DNA of 32,000 bases from Candidatus Methylomirabilis limnetica (lineage in GTDB: Bacteria > Methylomirabilota > Methylomirabilia > Methylomirabilales > Methylomirabilaceae), in contig NZ_NVQC01000017.1 of NCBI RefSeq assembly GCF_003044035.1, forward strand, positions 183,290 through 215,289, in the 5' to 3' direction. How positions within the stretch are numbered: the first letter of the stretch is position 1; the number at the start of each line of letters is the position of its first letter. Made by a program: the position numbers and the translations under genes. This document shows, in pieces, positions 26,354-32,000 of this stretch. A model generated the notes under the pieces. It was not told the DNA's origin. It did not search any database and saw nothing but the letters and a program-made list of their open reading frames with translations.

Positions 26354-26692
26354 CTATACAGGGAGCGCAGGACGGCGGGGGATCGCGCCTCTCCCACGGC
26401 AGTGAGTGCATGGAAGGCCATTCCCAGCGGTGCGCCCGCTTCCCCGGCAGTCAGGGCACGCTTCTCCGGGTCCCCCGAATCGCACGACTCCCTTTCCCCC
26501 GCAGACCTGGCACGTGACCCTCATGCCATAGGGCTGGATCCCGCTCCCGCGACAGTAGACGCACATCCCATTGGGCTCCTCGACCATGACCGTACCTTTT
26601 CCCCCGCAGACCTGGCACCTGGACAGGCGCGAGAGGCAGTTAAAGGGGTCGGACCCCTTCCCCTGGCAGAAGGCGCACCGGATTGCCGTCAT
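26354..26692 (-). CDS. DnaJ-type cysteine-rich zinc-finger protein (six CxxCxGxG repeats), paralogue 2
   Basis: 112 aa with CAFCQGKG, CQVCGGKG, CVYCRGSG, CQVCGGKG, CPDCRGSG and CTHCRGRG. Confidence 0.8.
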   Translation of the reverse strand: MTAIRCAFCQGKGSDPFNCLSRLSRCQVCGGKGTVMVEEPNGMCVYCRGSGIQPYGMRVTCQVCGGKGVVRFGGPGEACPDCRGSGRTAGNGLPCTHCRGRGAIPRRPALPV

Positions 26693-27287
26693 CTCTTCCC
26701 CCGTTTACTCTCCCGGCGCAGCACCGGGATTGAATGGCTCTGAGGGTGGCCTTGAACTCTTTGACCCTGACGGGGCCACCGTTGGACAGAAGCCCCTGCA
26801 AGGCCCGGGTTAGCTCCTCCTGCTCGCCTTGGAACTCGGCCAGGAGGGTCTTGACTTCCCGCTCCCGCTCTTCACGCCTGGCCGTGATCTCTTCCAGCAG
26901 TTCCTTGAGACCGCCGACCCGTTGCGCTTCACCCCTGGCCAGGGCTTCCCGCAGGGTGGCGGCCAGTGTCCTCTGTTCATGGAGGTAGTGCTTCATCGTC
27001 CCCCTGACCGCTTCCTCCCGCTCCCGTTGGTGGGCGAGGACCCCCTCCATCATGGCATCGAAGTCCCGCCTCCGGAGGGAGGCGGCCCTGGCTAGGGCCT
27101 CCTTGAGCTGGGCCCGCATCTCTTCTCGCTGGCTTCGAAACGTTCCCAGCATCTCGTGGGTGGACTCGACGATCTGCTCCACCGACGAGACCCTGGCCTC
27201 GTAGGAGGCGATGACCTCCCGGGCCAGGAGCGCCATCTCCTCCCCCCTTCCCATCGGGCTTACCTGAACGCTTCTCTTTCCTCTCAA
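26640..27287 (-). CDS. Arg/Glu-rich coiled-coil protein with an internal ~50-aa duplication (GvpC-analogue candidate), paralogue B
   Basis: The 215-aa ORF has a TTG start at 27287; ATG alternatives are at 27254 and 27236. The internal repeat pairs QLKEALARAASLRRRDF...HQREREEAV with TLREALARGEAQRVGGL...ARREEREREV. The N-terminal third is paralogous to 27298-27792. The 3' end overlaps the next gene by 53 nt. Confidence 0.55.
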   Translation of the reverse strand: MRGKRSVQVSPMGRGEEMALLAREVIASYEARVSSVEQIVESTHEMLGTFRSQREEMRAQLKEALARAASLRRRDFDAMMEGVLAHQREREEAVRGTMKHYLHEQRTLAATLREALARGEAQRVGGLKELLEEITARREEREREVKTLLAEFQGEQEELTRALQGLLSNGGPVRVKEFKATLRAIQSRCCAGRVNGGRDDGNPVRLLPGEGVRPL

Positions 27288-27297
27288 CTCTTCCCTC

Positions 27298-27792
27298 TCA
27301 TCTGCCGCCGGCGCGCTTCCCCGCCATCGTGGCGGTCATATTCCGCCAATGACCAGCCATGGCCTCCTGCTCCCGGCGAAAGCCAGCCAGCATGCCTCCG
27401 ACCTCCTGGGCCCGCTGCTCGCTCCCGCGGTAGAAGCGATTCATGAGTTCGGCGGTTTCCCCACTTCTCTCCTCCTGGCGAGCCCGAATACCCTGGTGCA
27501 TCGCCCGGAAGTCTCTCAGCCGGGTAGACTCGGAAGTGCTGAGGAATCGCTTGAGGTCCGCTGCCTTCCGCCTGAGGTCGTGGCGAAACTCCTTCAGCTT
27601 TGCCGCGGTCTCATCCCTCAGCGCCGCCACCCTTGCCACTCGTGTGTCGAACGAATTGACGATCTCCTGGGCCAGATCCCGCATATCCTCGGCCAGTGTC
27701 ATTGTGCCGACCCTCCCTTCTTGCGTCATCCCCTCCTGGGGGAAGAAGTGAACCCTTTCAGGAGCTCTCTTTCCTTTTTTCTTCGATCCCAT
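27298..27792 (-). CDS. Arg/Glu-rich coiled-coil protein (GvpC-analogue candidate), paralogue A
   Basis: LAQEIVNSFDTRVARVAALRDETAAKLKEFRHDLRRKAADLKRFLSTSESTRLRDFRAMHQGI aligns with LAREVIASYEARVSSVEQIVESTHEMLGTFRSQREEMRAQLKEALARAASLRRRDFDAMMEGV of the next gene. I set the start at ATG 27792 (GGGAGGGG SD). The ORF track extends to a GTG at 27912 that has no SD. Confidence 0.5.
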   Translation of the reverse strand: MGSKKKGKRAPERVHFFPQEGMTQEGRVGTMTLAEDMRDLAQEIVNSFDTRVARVAALRDETAAKLKEFRHDLRRKAADLKRFLSTSESTRLRDFRAMHQGIRARQEERSGETAELMNRFYRGSEQRAQEVGGMLAGFRREQEAMAGHWRNMTATMAGKRAGGR

Positions 27793-27928
27793 GTTCCCCT
27801 CCCAGGGCGTTAACACGCCCCACGTGTCCTCAGGTTGGACTAGAGGGAGATCCTGGCGAGGCATACTCTCTGCGGTTGTCCGCTCAAGGATGCCCCGGCA
27901 GACACCCCTCACTGGTTCCAGGCCGACC

Positions 27929-28144
27929 TTACGCCGGTGCCGCCGCTGTAGCGGTCAGGCCGATGGCCTCAGCATACTTCAGGTACGTCTCGACGGAGGC
28001 CACCACCACCCGGGCCTCGATAGCCAGGAGCTCGATCCCAACCAGGGAGACGCGCACCCAGGCATCGATGACCACACCCTTGTCCAGGATCCGATCGATC
28101 ACCTCAACCAGACTTGACGACGCGATTGCCTTCTCCACTGCCAT
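27929..28144 (-). CDS. gvpA: Major gas vesicle structural protein GvpA
   Basis: [63 protein letters not shown] is near-identical to the universal GvpA consensus. An AAGGAGGTGA SD lies 6 nt before the ATG at 28144. The ORF track starts at a TTG at 28150. Confidence 0.95.
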   Translation of the reverse strand: MAVEKAIASSSLVEVIDRILDKGVVIDAWVRVSLVGIELLAIEARVVVASVETYLKYAEAIGLTATAAAPA

Positions 28145-28173
28145 TGTCAATCACCTCCTTTCGGTTTTTCCCC

Positions 28174-28199
28174 TTGCCACCGTTCACCGGCTCTGGCAA
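28174..28199. promoter_or_regulatory. Palindrome TTGCCA-N14-TGGCAA in the 61-nt gap immediately upstream of gvpA
   Basis: ttgcca lies at 28174-28179 and tggcaa at 28194-28199. It is not a sigma-54 promoter, because no TTGC follows at the correct spacing. It could be a protein-binding site or an RNA stem in the leader. Confidence 0.25.
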
Positions 28200-28205
28200 A
28201 GGGCT

Positions 28206-28580
28206 CTATACGCCCTCCCTGATGGCACGCTTCAGGAGGGTCGTGACGTGATGGAGTTCAAAGGGCTTGCTGATGAAGCCCTGGAAATCGCCTCTCCTTA
28301 TCCCCTCCACGATTGGCTGATCCTCCTCGTAGTGGTAACCCGAGATCATCAGGATTGGCAGCCGGGGAACAAGCCGCCGGATGACGTGAGAGACCTCGAT
28401 ACCGCTCATGCCGGGGAGTTTCACGTCGATGATGGCAGCGTCAAACCTCCGCCCTTGCACCTGACGCATCGCATCCTCCCCACGGTAGACGTGGGTAATG
28501 TGGACCCCCTCGTCCTTCAGGCCTATCTGTAGGGCCCAACAAATGTCCTTTTCGTCATCCACGACGAGGACCTCAAGCAT
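28206..28580 (-). CDS. Stand-alone CheY-like response-regulator receiver domain
   Basis: 124 aa with VLVVDDEKD, the phospho-acceptor AAIIDVKLPGMSG, S (LMISGY) and K (FISKPF). The ATG overlaps the kinase stop by 8 nt. Confidence 0.85.
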   Translation of the reverse strand: MLEVLVVDDEKDICWALQIGLKDEGVHITHVYRGEDAMRQVQGRRFDAAIIDVKLPGMSGIEVSHVIRRLVPRLPILMISGYHYEEDQPIVEGIRRGDFQGFISKPFELHHVTTLLKRAIREGV

Positions 28581-30078
28581 CTGAACCCTCCGCAGGCAGG
28601 ATGACAGTGAACGTCGAGCCCTTCCCTACCTCGCTCTCGACTCGGATCGTTCCCCCATGCTGGTGAACGAGGCTGTAGGCGATAGAGAGACCCAGCCCCG
28701 TCCCTTGCCCCACTGGCATGGTGGTGAAGAAGGGATCGAAGAGGCGGGAAAGGTGCTGCTCAGGGATGCCACGCCCGCTGTCTGCGAATCTGATCTCGAT
28801 TGCCGGCGGCAGAGTCGCCGGGGCAAGTCGGCTCTCGATGGCGAGCCGCCCTCCCTCTTCCATAGCGTAGTAGGCGTTCATGATGATATTCATGAACGCC
28901 TGCTGGAGCTGATTCTTGTTGCCCTTCACCTTCGGAAGCGCCGGGGACAACTGCTTGACGATCTCGATAGACTGAAGCGAGATCTGATGACCGATGAGGG
29001 AGAGCGTTTCCTCGACAGCGCTGTTCACATCCACTAGCTCGGACAGCCCCTGTGAAGGTCGAGCGAACCTGAGGAGGGTCTCGATGATGGCGGCGGCCCG
29101 AGCGGCGGCGAGGCGGATCTTCTCCGCGCACTCCTGCAGAAGCTCGGGGTCGTTCCCCTTTTTCAGGAGAATCTGAGCAGCCGAAGCGGTGATGGCCAAA
29201 GGATTCCGAATCTCGTGGGCGATGCCGCCAGCCATCTCTCCGAGGCTGGCCATCTTGGCTGATTGGATCAATTGGAGCTCCAGGCGCTGCTTTTCTGTCA
29301 GGTCGCGCCCCACCCCTACCAGGGCCACCACCCGACCGCCCTCCTCCTTCATAGCCGAAAAGCGCCAGGAGATGAGGCGCCTCTCGCCACCCTTCGCCTG
29401 TATCCCCGTCTCCATCTCCTGGGACTTCCCCTCCCTGGCGAGGTGGATGAGGAGGGCCTGAAGCTGAGGCCGATCGGGCTCGGTGAAGAAATCGGCGAAC
29501 TGCCTCTTGGTCACCTCCTGAGAGGAGAAACCCAGGATCCGCTGAGCAGCGCTATTCCAGGTCATCACTGCGCCGGCCGAATCCAGGGAAACAATCAGGT
29601 CGTTGGCGCTCTCCACTACGCTGGCCAAATGGCGCTCAACTTCTCGAACCCTCTTGCCCAGACTCTTCTTCTCCGTGACGTCGTCCATGAAGAGCATGAC
29701 GCTTTCTACTCGCCCCGCCTCGTCCTTCAGGGGTGTCAGACTATAAAAGTAGATGCGGGCGGCCAGTCCCGGAGCTCGATACTCCATCTCGCCTCCCTCA
29801 AAAGGCTGCGCGGTCAGGCAGACTGTCCGGGCCCGCCCCTCAAGGTCGGTGTAGTGGAGGATCGCAGGAGGAAAAATCTCGTTGAGCCTCTTCCCCAGCA
29901 CCTCCCTCTCTTCCTTCCGCATTTTGAGAAGAAAGTTTTCGTTGGCAAAGATCACCCTCAGGACTGTATCCATGACCAGGATGGAGGAGGGAATGTGAGC
30001 AACGATCTCCTGTTCCAGATTCGCGGCGGGAGCTTGCGTGGCGGTCATTTCACAAAGGGTCGTATTCTGCGGTTTCAC
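28573..30078 (-). CDS. Soluble PAS-domain sensor histidine kinase (NtrB-like HisKA/HATPase_c)
   Basis: 501 aa with a GTG start preceded by AAGGAG at 6 nt, and no TM segments. It has two PAS-like regions. The H-box is MAGGIAHEIRNPL, the N-box NIIMNAYYAM, the G1 box DSGRGI and the G2 box GTGLGLS. Confidence 0.9.
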   Translation of the reverse strand: MKPQNTTLCEMTATQAPAANLEQEIVAHIPSSILVMDTVLRVIFANENFLLKMRKEEREVLGKRLNEIFPPAILHYTDLEGRARTVCLTAQPFEGGEMEYRAPGLAARIYFYSLTPLKDEAGRVESVMLFMDDVTEKKSLGKRVREVERHLASVVESANDLIVSLDSAGAVMTWNSAAQRILGFSSQEVTKRQFADFFTEPDRPQLQALLIHLAREGKSQEMETGIQAKGGERRLISWRFSAMKEEGGRVVALVGVGRDLTEKQRLELQLIQSAKMASLGEMAGGIAHEIRNPLAITASAAQILLKKGNDPELLQECAEKIRLAAARAAAIIETLLRFARPSQGLSELVDVNSAVEETLSLIGHQISLQSIEIVKQLSPALPKVKGNKNQLQQAFMNIIMNAYYAMEEGGRLAIESRLAPATLPPAIEIRFADSGRGIPEQHLSRLFDPFFTTMPVGQGTGLGLSIAYSLVHQHGGTIRVESEVGKGSTFTVILPAEGSDA

Positions 30079-30140
30079 AGCGAACTCCTTTTTCCCTGAA
30101 CAGAAGCCCTGGCCTTGCCACTGCGTCCACTACTATTACT

Positions 30141-30156
30141 AGCAAGCGTGGTGCCA
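30141..30156 (-). promoter_or_regulatory. Sigma-54 (RpoN) -24/-12 promoter driving the kinase-regulator-gvpA transcription unit
   Basis: The minus strand reads TGGCACcacgcTTGCT, a perfect match to TGGCAC-N5-TTGCW. It lies about 60 nt upstream of the kinase GTG and downstream of a gene for an NtrC-type sigma-54 activator. Confidence 0.75.
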
Positions 30157-30304
30157 GACCTGAGGCCCCCTGCACCCTGCTTCGAGAGAGCACAACAACT
30201 GGTTGCAGCCAACGCAACGAGACGCCAGATGAAGGGGATACCTAGCAGGGGCGTTAGGCAGTGTGTGGCAAGCAACCTGGTGAGAGTCTGGAGGGGACGC
30301 CAGA

Positions 30305-30340
30305 GCTATGGCGGAGACTCCATGGCATGGATGCCATAGC
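30305..30340. promoter_or_regulatory. Candidate enhancer (UAS) for the NtrC-type activator
   Basis: The palindrome ATGGCAT-GG-ATGCCAT (30322-30337) is nested in the outer inverted repeat gctatggc...gccatagc (30305-30340). Its centre lies about 175 bp upstream of the -24 element, a typical bEBP distance. Confidence 0.35.
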
Positions 30341-30413
30341 GGAGCGCTCAGCGGTCAGCTATCGGCTGTGAGTCTAGGAGCTATATATCGCGTCATAAAT
30401 CGCAACAATGGAC

Positions 30414-30505
30414 GTCATTCCCGCGAAGCTTGTCCCCGCATGTTTTAAGCGGGGAGCGGGAATCCATCGCTGCAAGACTGGATTCCGGATCAAGTCCGGA
30501 ATGAC
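30414..30505. repeat. REP-like palindromic element (gtcattcc...ggaatgac class)
   Basis: gtcattcccgc...tccccgc-atgttttaa-gcgggga-gcgggaatcc is followed by ggattccgga-tcaag-tccggaatgac. It has the same terminal gtcattcc/ggaatgac signature as 7802-7889. Confidence 0.5.
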
Positions 30506-30560
30506 AAAACGCCCGAGACTTATGTCGTGATATTAGCAAGGAGGAGTGGAGAGTCTGGGG

Positions 30561-31952
30561 TTACCGGAACTCCGGAGCCGAAATGCCATACCGCTTCATC
30601 TTGATGTGAAGCGTCTTGTAGTCGGTCCGAAGGAGCCGGGCCGCCTCACTCTTGTTCCCACGGGTCGCTTGCAGGGCCTGGTGGATCACCTGCCGCTCCG
30701 CCTCGGCGGCGGCCTTATCGCTCGCCTCTTTTAAGGAGAGACCCGCCGATACGGGGCCAGGCTCTATGGCCGAAGCTGCACCAGGGTCTTTGGCGCCCAG
30801 GGTCGGGAGGTGTTCCGGCCGAATGAGGCCCGGACTCATCAGGACAGCCTGGCGAATCACGTTCCTGAGCTCCCGTACGTTACCGGGCCAGGGATATTGG
30901 AGAAGGATCTGGGCTGCCTCGTCCGATATCCCGCGGACGGGCCGCTTGAACTCCATACTGGCTTCTTCAAAAAAGCGCTTGGCCAAGTAGGGGATGTCTT
31001 CCGGCCGCTCCCGAAGGGGTGGCAGGCTGATCGTGAATTCATTCAGGCGGTAATAGAGGTCTTGCCTGAACCGGCCTGCTCGCATCTCTTTCTCCAGCGG
31101 GACATTGGAGGCCGCGATGATGCGCACGTCCACGGGGCGCGCGCGTTTCCCTCCCAGGAGCTGCACCTGTCGCTCCTGGAGCACCCGCAGGAGCTTTGAC
31201 TGGGTACTCAGGGGGAGGTTGATGATCTCGTCGAGGAACAGGCTTCCTCCTTCGGCAAGTTGAAAATGGCCCTCTTTCTTCCTATCCGCGCCGGTGAAGG
31301 CGCCTTTCTCGTGGCCGAACAGCTCCGACTCGATCAGGGTCTCGGGGATGGCCCCGCAGTCCACGGCGATAAAGGGTTGCTGGTGGCGGGCGCTCTGCTG
31401 ATGGATGGCCCGGGCCAGCAGCTCCTTGCCAGTCCCCGTCTCCCCCTGGAGCAGGATCGTCAAGGGAGATCGGGCCACCAGATTGACCTGCTGGATGATT
31501 TGCTGGACATGCTGACTCGGGCCCATCAGCTCTCGGAGGGAACCGCCCTTGGCGAGCTGATTCCGCAGCGACTCCACCTCGGCCAGGAGCGCCTGCTGCT
31601 CCAGTGCCCGTCGTATGGTGAGGATGACATCATCGTTTTGAAACGGCTTGGTGATGTAGTCGTAGGCTCCGAGCCGCATGGCAGACACTGCTGTGAAGAT
31701 TTCCCCACAGGCAGTCAGGATGATTATCGGCACGTGAGGGTCTATCTTCTTTATCTCCGCGAGGGTCTCCATTCCTCCGAGATTCGGCATCTTGAGGTCG
31801 AGGAGGATCGCTGAGGGCGCGTCCTGCCGGACCCTTTCCAGGGCGATCGCCCCGTCCTCCGCCGTAACCACTTCAAGTCCCTCGGCTTCGAGAATACCGC
31901 TGAGGAACCAGCGCATGTCGGGCTCGTCATCCACCACCAGGACCTTAGGCAT
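30561..31952 (-). CDS. NtrC-family sigma-54-dependent response regulator (receiver + AAA+ + Fis-type HTH)
   Basis: 463 aa. The receiver has VLVVDDEPD and [12 protein letters not shown]. The AAA+ domain has [11 protein letters not shown], the sigma-54 contact loop GAFTGA and FLDEI. The C-terminal HTH is [26 protein letters not shown]. Confidence 0.9.
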   Translation of the reverse strand: MPKVLVVDDEPDMRWFLSGILEAEGLEVVTAEDGAIALERVRQDAPSAILLDLKMPNLGGMETLAEIKKIDPHVPIIILTACGEIFTAVSAMRLGAYDYITKPFQNDDVILTIRRALEQQALLAEVESLRNQLAKGGSLRELMGPSQHVQQIIQQVNLVARSPLTILLQGETGTGKELLARAIHQQSARHQQPFIAVDCGAIPETLIESELFGHEKGAFTGADRKKEGHFQLAEGGSLFLDEIINLPLSTQSKLLRVLQERQVQLLGGKRARPVDVRIIAASNVPLEKEMRAGRFRQDLYYRLNEFTISLPPLRERPEDIPYLAKRFFEEASMEFKRPVRGISDEAAQILLQYPWPGNVRELRNVIRQAVLMSPGLIRPEHLPTLGAKDPGAASAIEPGPVSAGLSLKEASDKAAAEAERQVIHQALQATRGNKSEAARLLRTDYKTLHIKMKRYGISAPEFR

Positions 31953-31965
31953 CGACCGCTCTGTT

Positions 31966-32000
<35 letters not shown>

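Noticed and set aside
26640-27792. Calling the two coiled-coil genes gvpC
   Set aside because: They lack the canonical 33-residue GvpC repeat or any sequence I recognise as GvpC. They are reported only as positional and compositional analogues.
28174-28199. TGGCAA (minus strand) just upstream of gvpA as a second sigma-54 promoter
   Set aside because: The sequence downstream of the GG element is GGGGAAAAA, with no TTGC at -12. It is kept only as an unexplained palindrome.

Overview
GC-rich (about 60%) bacterial chromosomal window. All family calls come from reading motifs in the translations by eye; no searches were run. There are three blocks.

(1) 1-8.1 kb holds a truncated CsoR-like repressor, an alpha/beta hydrolase, a GNAT acetyltransferase, a BrnT/BrnA toxin-antitoxin pair, and Fur with a Fe(3+)-type ABC importer (binding protein, double permease, ATPase). 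This block is peppered with a repeat family that has 42-nt terminal inverted repeats built on a GGCTGAA heptamer. Two copies have 8-bp target-site duplications. The elements carry degenerate four-helix-bundle (23S rRNA IVS-protein-like) ORFs, and one copy is nested inside another.

(2) 8.2-14.1 kb (plus strand) holds ApbE flavin transferase, a porin-like outer-membrane protein, an FMN-bind domain protein, a 4-TM membrane protein and a ceruloplasmin-like multicopper oxidase lipoprotein, followed by a SAM methyltransferase.

(3) 14.4-32 kb (minus strand) is a large gas-vesicle (gvp) cluster. An NtrC-type activator sits upstream of a perfect sigma-54 promoter, followed by a PAS histidine kinase, a CheY-like regulator, gvpA and about 23 tightly coupled genes. 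The canonical genes are gvpA, gvpN, gvpG, gvpJ, a gvpM/S-like gene, gvpK and five gvpF/L paralogues. Interleaved with them is an unusual proteostasis set: Hsp20, an ArsA/Get3-type ATPase, a Cdc48/VCP-type double AAA+ ATPase, a GvpF/L-J-domain fusion, two CxxCxGxG x6 zinc-finger proteins, a double zinc ribbon, an unlisted AbrB-fold mini-ORF, an embedded CheY receiver and several unplaceable proteins.

The chaperone-loaded gvp operon is my best candidate for an undescribed system. The TSD-flanked IVS-like element family and the ApbE/FMN/multicopper-oxidase module come next. The window ends in a 34-nt poly-C tract that looks artefactual.
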